A DNA stretch of 63,126 nucleotides, counting the filler, from an uncultured bacterium (GTDB taxonomy: Bacteria > Latescibacterota > UBA2968), in NCBI GenBank assembly GCA_964471275.1. It is 9 parts of 9 records of this genome, joined end to end, with 100 filler letters (N's around TTAATTAATTAA, not from the genome) between each part and the next. Parts side by side here need not be neighbours in the genome. Positions count along the whole stretch, not along the records: positions 1 to 7,258 come from CAYYGZ010000236.1; positions 7,359 to 14,595 come from CAYYGZ010000237.1; 7 more parts are not named here. One strand, written 5' to 3'. Position 1 is the stretch's first letter. Each line of letters starts with the position of its first letter. The position numbers and the translations under genes are program-made. The notes beneath the pieces are model-generated. The model saw nothing but the letters and a program-made list of their open reading frames with translations. It had not been told where the DNA came from and ran no database searches. Below, in pieces: positions 1 through 10,414 of this stretch.

Positions 1-160
1 TCACAGGGCCAGCATCGTCAGTCCCGGTTGCCTGACAGATGGCCTCCTCCACCTGGCCGACATTCTGGCTCTAGGGCGAAGACGGATCTGACGCGCCCCA
101 GATCGACCAGCGATACTTGCAAGAACTATTTGTAATACTCTTCAGTCGGAACGAAACGAG

Positions 161-3100
161 ATGGCTAATAGCAATAGATTCCTTATCGAGTACCCCTCCG
201 TCGGCGAGATCTGCCGCACAACGGCTCGAGGTTTTGGTTTCGTCAAAACCGCTGCCGGCGAGCACTTCATTCACGTCTACAACCACGATGGACAGCGACT
301 GAATTCGCTCGAAGGCATGGAGGGCCGGCACTGCGCGTTTGTACTCGGGGGCGATCCGAAGGGGTTTTCCGAGCAGAAGGATAATTGGTCACGACAGGCG
401 ATTCGGTGGCATCTACTTGATCCCACTTTCCAATACACCGAAAAGGATGAGTACATCACGGCGCGAGCCCATGCACTCAAGAATGCCACCGACGCCGAAC
501 TTCAAGATCTCCTCATAGCGGACTGGTATCTGGACAAGTGGCACCGTTCACCCCGCCGCACTCCCCAAAGCATCCTCCAACCCGACGAAGCGCTGGTCAA
601 CCGCCTTCACAAGCGGCTCGCTGATTCCAAAGACTTCAATCAGCTTGTCGCGATACTCGGCACGATCTGCAATTCTCCCTGGTTTAGCGCTCACGGAATC
701 AGCCCGAGCAAGGTCTTCGACCATTTCTTCAAGCCCGAAGAATGGCCACGAAGCGTCTTCAAGGTTGACCACTCCCTCTCCAATCAAGACGACTATCAGT
801 TCCTTGTTTCGCAGTGCGGGGCCGATCTGGATGGCTGGTTGCGGAAATCGCNNNNNNNNNNGCGTGATTGCCATTGACTTGGAAAGCGACGGACAGACCA
901 TCTATGAATACGGATGGAAGGCACTAGGCGACGTTGGACGCCGACAGAACAGGACCGGAATCGAAGGCAGGGAACTTCAGGAGGCAGTAGATGCGAGCCT
1001 TGGTGGACTGGACGCTCCTTGCGTGGTGGGGCACAACCTCCTCGCCTGGGATTGGCCAATCCTTGAGCGTCACAAAGCCCATTTTCCACATAACACCGAA
1101 CTCTGGGACACCCTTCTGGGGAGCTGGTTGCTCCAACCCTGGCTGGCCTCGCATGCACTCGTCGTGGGTGAAAACGCCCATACTGCGGATGCAGACGCCG
1201 CCGCGTGCTTCGATCTCTTCGAATACCAAGCCGGTTGCTTTTCGCCCTGCCTGGCAGACGCGTCACTTGATACCCAAACCCTCGTCGACCGACTCTTCAA
1301 TCAACCGCAGTTGTTTGACGCGATCGAGGGCCGCGAGTATCCGGCGACGCTCCACGCCAATCTACCCGGTCCGACACTGTTCCCCGCATGCAAGAAACGG
1401 ACTTTTGCATGGCAACAACATTGCATTGTTGAGTTACTGAACCCAGAGCAGCGATACCGAGACCCGGTACTTGGTCCGGCCACCTGCCGTTCCGTTGCGA
1501 GTAGACATACCGATATTTCTGCGAAGGCCATTTCCGCCGTCGTGGAGAACGCGACCGCCCATGGTGTTGCAGTCCATCTTTCTTGGATCCCCCGCTGGCT
1601 TGCGAATGATGATCTTCTCGAGGCACTTCGAGACGCACACGGCGAACTGGCCGATGTCACCAAGCCAGAGGGAAGTACACCGATCTACATTGCAGAGGAT
1701 TTCTACACGCTTGCTGACGAAGCGCATGAGGAATTACTCGGTAGCGATCAACTCGCAGTGACTTCGCCCGAACATGTCGCGTCCGCGTGGCAGAAAGCAC
1801 GCCGTAAGGAACTCCGCGATGACCAGATAGCAACCCGGTTTCCTGAGGCCCGTACCAGTCGACGCAGACGAACCCTCCTCGCGGTGGATGATGACGGTTC
1901 ACCATCCTGGCTCCTGAACGCACCCTCTGGACTCGGCAGTGCCGCCTGCTCCTGGTATCTGCTGCCCACGAAGCCGGATTGGATGCAGGTTCACCCTCTT
2001 GATGAAGGACACACTCGGAATCTTCCGGTCCGAATCCCAAGATGGCGAGATGGGGATGCTGCTCGACTTGATGTCGACCGCCTCTTTGTCTCGCCAGACA
2101 CCGCGAATCGCCCGCTCTACCTCGCGGATCTCACTCACGCTGTCATCAATGTCGCAAAGGCGACTTCGAAAGCAACGGTTCTCCTCATCGGCCTTCAGTG
2201 GCCTGAAGAGTCGAAGATCCTCCAGAGGAACCTGTCTCATATTGGCATGTCTTCGGAACACCCTGGGTCCCCGTTACGTCGTCTGGAAAGCCTCATCAAG
2301 AAGGGGCACTCCGTTCTCTGCTGCGAGATCAAAGATATTCCGGACTACATCGAGGCAGCCCAACTGCTCAATGTCGAACTGGACGTCGCCGTCGACGAAC
2401 TCCCTCTCCATGAGTGGCATGCCATTCTGGAATCACCCAATGATCACATCAGGCATGACAACCAGGATGCGGACAACCTCATTGAGGGAATGCAGAGATC
2501 GCAGGATGTTGCCCTCCGCGGACCAGAAATCCGCATCGCGGTAGAGACATTTCTCGAAGGCTGGCTGGAAGGACTTGGCCTCACCAAACGGGAAGCCACC
2601 AAGCAGTGCCTCATTCTGGATGAGCGGCTAAGTGCTCGCCATGCCGCGAAGACATCCAACATCAAATCGCAGGATATTCCGTTCTTCGAGCTGAAGGAAC
2701 TCCTCGACGAGTCCACGCTCGACCTGTTCAATTCCTACTGCTATCCACCCCGCGACGAGAAGGACATTCCCGCTGACTATGAGTCATATCGGAAATTCCT
2801 CGAAGCGAACTGGGGGTATCCGGACTTTCGAGCGGGGACTCAGAAACCCGCCATCGAACGCATTATCGAATCCGAGAAGGACCTCCTGCTCCGGCTTCCG
2901 ACCGGCGAAGGGAAGTCGATCATTTTTCACCTACCGGCCCTCCTCAGATCGGGCCACACCGGGCGTCTGAGCATCGTGATCACCCCACTTCGCGCCCTCA
3001 TGCGCGATCAAGTCGAGGGTCTCTGGCGACAGAATTTCATCGAAACGGTGGACTTCCTCAGTGGAGGCCGCGACCCGTGGATGAATCACGAGGTCTATCA

Positions 3101-6100
3101 GGGCGTATTGGACGGCCGTATCCAATTGCTGTTCATCGCTCCGGAACGCCTACGGGTACCACGGTTCAGGGAAGCCCTTGAACGACGTCGGCTGTTGGAC
3201 GGCGGTCTCGAGTTCATCGTCTTTGATGAGACACACTGCGTGAGTGAGTGGGGATTCGAATTCCGGCCCGATTATCTCCACGCCGCTCGGTATGTCCGCA
3301 AGGAGTTCAAGGAACTGGACCGACCAGGGAATCCGCACCGCCTGCTCCTGACCTCGGCCACGGTCACCGAACGGAATCGTACCGACCTCGAAAATGAACT
3401 CAGCCTTGGAAGCCAAGGCGACTATGACGATCTTCCCGAAGACATGCCGCACCCAATCCAGTCGTTCATCAAGATCGATTCGTTTGATCTTCATGAAGAC
3501 CGCGATGCGCCCAGCGATGAGAAATTCGAAAAAACCTGCGAGATCATCGCATCTCTTGATCTGGAAAGGAGCAGCGCTCTTCTGTTCGCGCGAAGCCGCA
3601 AGGAGTGCCATCGCCTGAGCGAAGCCCTCAATAACCGAGCAACGGAATCCGAGTCCGGTCTCGAAGACCTGCGAGCACTTCCGTTCCACGCCGGACTCTC
3701 TGAAAGCCTGAAGACAGAAGCGTGTGACCTGCTCCGTGAGCGACGAGCGAACGTCCTCGTTTGCACCAAGGCGTTTGGCATGGGCATGGACATCCCCCAT
3801 ATTCATGCTTGCATCCATCAGAAGCCGCCGACTTTCATCGAGGATTACCTTCAGGAAGTCGGCCGCATGGGTAGAGACCAGAGCGAGCGCATGGAATCCG
3901 GTCATGAGCGGGTGACCGCCTCCCTGCTGTACAACGCCCACGACATCGAACAGAACATCTCGATGCTCCACGAGAAGACCGTGCAACCTCCCGATCTTGC
4001 CCAGTTCTTCGCCTATTGCGTCAATGCAGCCGTCTCATTCGAGGCCGTCGGTCGCGCCATCTGCCTGGTCCCCGCGAAGATTCAGGTTTCAGACACCCTC
4101 GAGTACGACGAGAGCCAAGTCACAAGCTGCCTCTTCTGGCTGGAACGCATGGACATCCTCAAGGTGGAGGGCCGCCAGCCACCCGTATTCAATCTGGTGC
4201 TCCGAGTCTCTTCCTTGGAACGCCAAGCGAAGGGAGATGGCTTGACCTCCCGCATCGCCAAGGTGCTGCTCGAATTCGCTCGTGAAAGTCATGAGACCAC
4301 GGCACCGCTCGCTCCGGAACAGAACCTTGACGGCAACGAGGCACAGGCCGAGTCGGTCTTCGGCCGAGTGGTCAGGGGACTCGTACGCGGCGTCCTCAGC
4401 CTTCTCTCGAAACCCCGCGTCCCGCCATCGACACGCGACCCGCAACCCACGCCCGCCGAGACCGACCCCATCAGGGAAGCGGACCAATTTGAGATGGGAG
4501 TTCCTGTAAGAGAGATCCTGGCCCGCAGCGGCGATATCAGCAGTGATGACTTGCACACCGCCCTTTTCGAACTCGCCAAGTCAAACGCGATCGATCTCAA
4601 GAAGACCTTCCTCATCCGGTCTCCAGAACGACCAAGCGAAGAGGAGTACTTTGACCTGCTCGAACAAGCGCTCCTCCGGCTCTGTGCCTCCACCAAAGGC
4701 AAGGTCGAAATCTTCTCACGGGATTCCTTGAACGATCAACTCCGAGACTGGTATCAGAGATTGATCGCCTCGACGAGTCCGGCGGATGCCAACGAGCGGA
4801 CCGTCCAGAAACTCAACAGACAAGAAGAGTGGCGGATTGATCGTGAAGTACACCGAGCTGTTCGGACATCTCTCCAAATCATGCGACAATCCGGTTTCGA
4901 ACTGAAGGAACGATTCTCCGAAGATGGCGTGGCCGAGTATGCCCGTTCAATACCGGCTGATCTCGCCAGTAGTGCCGCTCGGTCTGCTCACGAGGCCGTG
5001 AGTCGTATCAGAGTCCTGTCAGACATCATTGGGGCGATCGAACCAAAAACCCTTGACGAGAAGGATAGCCAATCAACGAGAGAAGCCCCTCTCACCTATA
5101 TCGTCGATCAGCTCGGCGGCGATGTACGAGTGAGCGAGTTACGCGAAACCATGAAGCTCCTCGATTCGAGCGGCCTTTTCTCGTTCGAGAGCGACTCGGA
5201 CGAATGGGTCTCGGTCGTGACGATCAACCAGACCGAACCACTTCCACCCCACAATCCCGATGACGCAAAGCCGAACAGTATCCAACGCGTGTACGGCGAA
5301 ATGCTGGGACGATTTGAGTTTCAGGTACTTCGAGCGCAGTCGATGGTCCTGCTTGCAGCCATGCCTCGCGAGAGCCGAAAGAAGTTCATTGATGACTATT
5401 TCGCCTGCATCAACGCACCGAAACTCAAGAAACTCCTCGAAGATACGGTCGGCGAAGTTGATGATGAAGTGGTCCAGGGCAGCGAACTCCTCCGAAACTT
5501 GCTTGCGCAGGTCCGGCAGGAACGATTCGCCGAAGAGATCGACAAGCTGAACGAGAATCAGCGGAAGGTGTGCCAGACTCCGTACGACCAGAATCTCCTG
5601 GTCAATGCCGGCCCGGGTTCCGGGAAGACACACGTCCTGATGATGAGGTGTGCCCATCTCATTCACAATCAGAGGATCGATCCTTCGTCGATTCTCGTCC
5701 TCGCATTCAATCGGACCGTCGTGTACGAGATCCGCGAGCGCATTCGAAAGTTGTTCCGTGACCTTGGCTACAGCAGCTACGCCCGACGCGTGGACGTCAC
5801 GACCTTCCACAGCTTCGCAATGCGATTCCAGAATCCCGATGATCGCTTCGAAGAAGACTCGGTCACCGAAGCAGTCCATACCTTCGCCGAGTCCATCCGG
5901 GAAGACCCTGCGCTCGCTCAGACCATCGGTTCTCGGTATCGAGCGATTCTCATCGACGAATTCCAAGACATGAACGAGGACTTCTTCGATGTCGTCGAAG
6001 CACTCATTTCAAATTGCAACGGTGGCGGCATGGTGATCGGAGACGATGACCAGGACATCCTCACCTGGAATCGCGTCGCGTGGAAGAAGAAGCACCGCAC

Positions 6101-7258
6101 CGATTGCCCCATGGAGGCCGTCCATTACTTCAATCGCCTTCGCGATGACCTCGACCCAGTCGAAGTGAATCTCACGGTCAACTATCGATCGACTCCGGAA
6201 GTCGTCGAGCGTGCCAATGGGATGATCGAACAGGCGGCCGCTCAGATTGGCTTTTCGAGAATGAAGGCCGCGGGCGAACTTCGAGCCTTTCGTACCGACG
6301 GCGGTATCGCCAAGATGCCCGTCTCCAAGAGTGACTGCCCCAGCCTGGTCGCGGACGCAGTCAATAAAGACGAGCATGTCGCCGTACTCTGCCGCTCCAA
6401 TCGAGAATGCCGGGAGATCTACGAGACGCTCATCCACCAAGGTCTCGTGGAATCAGATCAGGTCGAACTCCTGGGTTCAGAGGATTTTGGCCTCTACCAA
6501 CTCCGCGCTTCTGGCGGATTGCTTGATATATGCCAGAGGCGAAAGGACTACGAGTTCGTCGAAACATATGTCTGGTCCGAGATGATGGACGAGTTTCAAG
6601 CAAAGGGCTACGCCGACATGCCGGCGAATCTCCAGTTCCTCGACACCGTGTACAAACTGGTTCACGAAGAGGCGGGACGGCCCCGCGTTTGCGATTTCGA
6701 GGAGTTCATTCTTGAGATGCGTGGCTCGGATGTCGAACGACTCAAGGCCAAGATCGGTATCGAGGGGAAGAAATCTCGATTGACGATCGCAACCGTACAC
6801 AAGGTCAAAGGACTTGAGTACGACACGGTGATCGCCCTACCCTCGGAGGAAAACTTCCCATTCAGTGCTGACGACAATGGAGGGATTGTTCCGTTAGCCG
6901 TCTCCGCAGCCGAAGAGGCACGCCTCTACTACGTTGCCATGACACGAGCAAAGACTCGTCTCTACGGAGGCTGGGGGCCGCGTGAGCAAGCCTGGTGGCA
7001 AGCAAGGCGGCACAAAGCCGCAGACCGCGGCTCCCATTACAGCCTCAAGGGTTCACCCAAGGAAATCTGGGTATCGCTACCTGCCCACGAGAGCGAGGTC
7101 GAGAATGGCTGGCAGGAATACATCGAGACACAAGTCAGCATCGGCGATCATCTCCAGCTTCATGGTCAGGAATTCACCCACCGAGGTCGTCCAGTTGGCG
7201 TGCTCTCGAAGCAAACCGCGTCAAAGCGCGGAGGCACCTCATCTCAGCGAACGCTCCG
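161..7258 (+). CDS. Giant multidomain nuclease/helicase (cold-shock domain, DEDDh 3'-5' exonuclease, RecQ-family SF2 helicase, UvrD-family SF1 helicase); spans a 10-N gap and is 3'-truncated at the contig end
   Basis: ORF 161..851 has CSD-like RGFGFVKT...HFIHV. After the gap at 852-861: IDLESDG, GHNLLAWD, HTADAD (Exo I-III); LPTGEGKS, FDETHCVSEWGFEFRPDY, QEVGRMGRD (RecQ); AGPGSGKT, IDEFQD, GDDDQDI, NYRST, TVHKVKGLEYD, YVAMTRAK (UvrD). Joining the two ORFs across the gap is inferred. Confidence 0.85.
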
Positions 7259-7358
7259 NNNNNNNNNNNNNNNNNNNNNNNNNNNNNNNNNNNNNNNNNN
7301 NNTTAATTAATTAANNNNNNNNNNNNNNNNNNNNNNNNNNNNNNNNNNNNNNNNNNNN
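7259..7358. other. Artificial contig-joining spacer (N-run + TTAATTAATTAA + N-run); recurs at 14596, 21692, 28697, 35634, 42548, 49434 and 56284
   Basis: Identical 100-nt spacer with stops in all six frames; genes are truncated at many spacer edges; contig lengths decrease monotonically. Confidence 0.98.
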
Positions 7359-7978
7359 AGATCGAGAAGCTTGACCGCGGGATAGAGGGGAGTAGGTTGA
7401 GCCACAGACGGTTGCGAGTCGACAGGTGTCGGGGTGAGCGCGGAAACTACGGGAACGCTCGGGGCGGGCTCAGCCACCGATGAGATCTCTGGCGCCTCCT
7501 CCACAGGAACGACGGCCCCCGTCCGCTCGATATCCTTCCTGTCACCCAAGAACGATGCGAGTGCTTCGTCACCATTCACGGGAGCCAGCAGCACAATCTC
7601 TCGATCCCGCCCCTTGCGATCGGTAAAAGAGATTGTGAACCAACCCCGGACATCACCCGCCTTGGCCAGCTGTTTTCCGATCCAGCTGCCCGTGTCTTTC
7701 ACGAATGGGTTCCCACGCACTCGGTTCACGGTCACACTCTGGATGCCGTCATAGGGTACAATCGTCAACCACTGGTAGTTGTAGTCGTCTCCCTCCACCC
7801 AAAGCGCATCCTCTTTCCCCACCAGTTTGATCGTATAGAGCGTCGGTTTGGTATCGTTGGGTGCAAACCGGGCCGTGTCGAACTCGTAAACCTGATACTC
7901 ATCAAAGGGGACATCGGTGGATGAGACCGAGGATGAAGCAATGAGAACGCAGGCCGTGAATGCGGCGGCAAAAGACAT
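7359..7978 (-). CDS. Hypothetical secreted protein with a beta-rich N-terminal domain and a Pro/Ser-rich linker; 3'-truncated
   Basis: AGGAG RBS before ATG 7978; signal-peptide-like MSFAAAFTACVLIASS; PEISSVAEPAPSVP linker runs into the contig end. Confidence 0.7.
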
Positions 7979-8467
7979 GGGATATCTCCTCTGGTAGGTT
8001 CGGTGAATACACCGCAAGATAGCTTCCGAACGCCAAAAGCGCGACACACGGGCTTCCATCGGACGAAGCTTGACTCTCGGCACCGATTGACACGATTTAT
8101 GCCCAAACACATATTTCCAGAATCTATCACGAACCCCGATACCCGAACAGCAACTCGGAACAACCAGATACAGAACCCAACCAGGGAATCCCGTCCATGC
8201 CCCTGAGCCACAGGTCGGCTGAGCCCCGCCTGAACCCTACCTGGCTACACCCAATTCAGCCACTTCTAGCAAACACAGGGGTTACAGCGCCCTTCCTATC
8301 CTCGGATCGAATCCGGTTGACGTGTGTCTGTGGGCCTGCCCCACCGACACACGTATCCAGGAGGCCACGGTTGACGTCACCTGCTTCGAATTACTCTCTC
8401 GATTACGGGAATCCTCTTTCCAAACGGCAAGACCCTCAAACGACCTTGGATTCTTCACACAAAGTGT

Positions 8468-8835
8468 ATGAGTAGCGTCCACCTCAAAGATAAGCCCGTC
8501 CAGAACTCGCTTCAGTTCAAGGTGATGCTTCTCCTGAGTCTTACGATCCTGACGGTCAGCGCCGCACAGAGCTGGTACTTTCTGCAGCAGACCGAGCATG
8601 TGTTCTGACGGCCGAGCTCCAGCGTCGAACACTCGCCCTCACACAAAACCTCGCGCACAACAGCCGGTATGGCGTTCAGACTGAAGATACGGCCATTCTC
8701 AGGCGACTGATCGACGGGATCCTACAGGAAGAAGATATCATCTACGTCGTGATCGCAGAGATACAGCCGATTAAGAAGCTGACGAAGTCTCGTGGACCCG
8801 CCCGTCAGATTGACATGGGTACGATCCGAACCTAG
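8468..8835 (+). pseudogene. Relic of a membrane sensor protein (histidine kinase-type N-terminus: TM helix + periplasmic domain)
   Basis: MSSVHLKDKPVQNSLQFKVMLLLSLTILTVSAAQSWYFLQQTEHV, then a frameshift near 8600 to LTAELQRRTLALTQNLAHNSRYGVQTEDTAILRRLIDGILQEEDIIYVVI, then an abrupt HAMP-like IQPIKKLT. Not in the ORF track. Confidence 0.55.
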
Positions 8836-8879
8836 ATAGCACAGTCCTTACCTTTGCCCACCCGAAACCAAGGAACAGC

Positions 8880-10331
8880 GTGCCGATCCTTCTACTGATT
8901 CTGTCGTTGATCGGCGTCCTCGACGCCGCTTACCTGTCATATAACCATCTGTTCGACACGGAATCCTGCGGCGCCGGTTCTAGTTGTGGTGAAGTTCTGG
9001 GCAGCGCCTACGGAGTTCTGTTCGGCCTCCCCCTGTCCGTCTATGGCCTGGGTCTGTATCTGTCTATGCTGCATCTTTCGTGGCGTGCCCTTGATGACTC
9101 CTGTCGCGAAGAAGCGATCCGGGGACTGTCGATTCTATCGGCGTTCGGGGTGGCCGCGAGCCTGCTTCTGGTCTATCTCCAGGCTTCTGTCATCAGATCC
9201 TGGTGTCCTTTCTGCCTTTTCTCTGCAGCTGTCCAGCTCGGTATCCTTTGTGCCGCTCTCCTCTATCGCCGCCGGAACCTGACGCTGCTTCCCTTCGTCG
9301 GATCATTCACCTCGCACAGTTTCGTGCCAGCGACCCTCGCACTCATAGTCGTTCCTCTGTGCCACCATTTCCTCGCATCAGGAGTCCAGGACCTTACGCA
9401 GACCCGGAATCATCCAGAGGCGGTCGCCGCCATCGGCGATCGCAAGATCACGATTGATGCGATAGACAAGGCAATCCAGCTCAAACTCTACTCAGCCCGG
9501 AACGAACTCCGGCAGGAATGGCTTGATAGACAGGTGCTCGACACTGCTGCTGGGGAGGCCGGTCTTTCGGTCCGTAAGTTCGTGCAACAGGAGGTCTACG
9601 CGAACATCGAAATCACGGCGGAAGAGATCGATCGACGATATCAAGAGGTCAGACACCGGCTCCCACCGAACACGCCCAAAGCATCCATTGAGCGAAATAT
9701 CCGGAACGAGATTGGCACTCGGAAGAGCAAAGCAGCTCTGGATCGTTTTGTGGTGGAACTGAAAGGCCGCTACGGGACATCGTACCGCATCCCGGTCGCG
9801 GAGCGGTTTGCGTTCGACCCGAACCCGCGCGGTGGTCCCGAGATCGGCCCGCTTGGGGCACCCGTCACGATTGTGGAATTCTCGGATCTTGAGTGTGGGT
9901 ACTGCGCCCGCGCGCACGAATATCTGAAGGAACTGATCAAACGACGTGACGACGATGTTCGCCTTGTCTTCAAACACCTGCCACTGGGGATGCACGAACA
10001 CGCGCGCTACGCCGCAGAGGTCGCGGCCTGTGGACACGAGCAGGGCAAATTCTGGTCGGTAGTCGATCTTCTATACTCCGAGCAGGATGAACTGACTCGT
10101 GAACGCATCGATAAGTTCGCAGAAACAGCTGGCCTCGATGCCGTGGCGCTTGCCAGATGCCTCGAAGACAGCATCGGCCACCGGATTGTTCGGGCAGACA
10201 TCGCCGAGGCGGATGCGCTTGGCCTGTCGTCGACGCCGAGTTTCTTCATCAACGGCCACTACATCGGATCACTCCCCAAGGAAGGGCTGGACACCCTGAT
10301 CGAAAATGAACTGGCCGCATCAGGTCGCTGA
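8880..10331 (+). CDS. VKOR-family disulfide oxidoreductase fused to a SurA-N-like helical region and a DsbA/thioredoxin domain
   Basis: VKOR loop cysteines SCGAGSSC and WCPFC in TM context; DsbA signature VTIVEFSDLECGYC, FKHLPL and cis-Pro STPSFFING. Confidence 0.9.
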   Translation: MPILLLILSLIGVLDAAYLSYNHLFDTESCGAGSSCGEVLGSAYGVLFGLPLSVYGLGLYLSMLHLSWRALDDSCREEAIRGLSILSAFGVAASLLLVYLQASVIRSWCPFCLFSAAVQLGILCAALLYRRRNLTLLPFVGSFTSHSFVPATLALIVVPLCHHFLASGVQDLTQTRNHPEAVAAIGDRKITIDAIDKAIQLKLYSARNELRQEWLDRQVLDTAAGEAGLSVRKFVQQEVYANIEITAEEIDRRYQEVRHRLPPNTPKASIERNIRNEIGTRKSKAALDRFVVELKGRYGTSYRIPVAERFAFDPNPRGGPEIGPLGAPVTIVEFSDLECGYCARAHEYLKELIKRRDDDVRLVFKHLPLGMHEHARYAAEVAACGHEQGKFWSVVDLLYSEQDELTRERIDKFAETAGLDAVALARCLEDSIGHRIVRADIAEADALGLSSTPSFFINGHYIGSLPKEGLDTLIENELAASGR

Positions 10332-10358
10332 TACACCAAACAAGATGGGGATACACAC

Positions 10359-10387
10359 GCGGGGTGACTCCACTGGAGTCGCCCCGC
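10359..10387. terminator. GC-rich hairpin between convergent genes (probable bidirectional terminator)
   Basis: GCGGGGTGACTCC-ACT-GGAGTCGCCCCGC 13-bp stem; no long U-tract. Confidence 0.5.
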
Positions 10388-10414
10388 CCTGCTCTCTACC
10401 ACATTTCAGCGGAT

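Noticed and set aside
645..863. N-terminus of the 2221-aa ORF as given in the track (MSRYSARS...)
   Set aside because: It is a shadow frame of the 161..851 ORF produced by the arbitrary 10-N gap length. Real homology in this frame starts at about 864.
7303..7314. TTAATTAATTAA repeated about every 7 kb, suggesting a regular repeat or array
   Set aside because: It is always embedded in N-runs and often truncates flanking genes, so it is an artificial contig linker. No cross-spacer gene neighbourhoods were interpreted.
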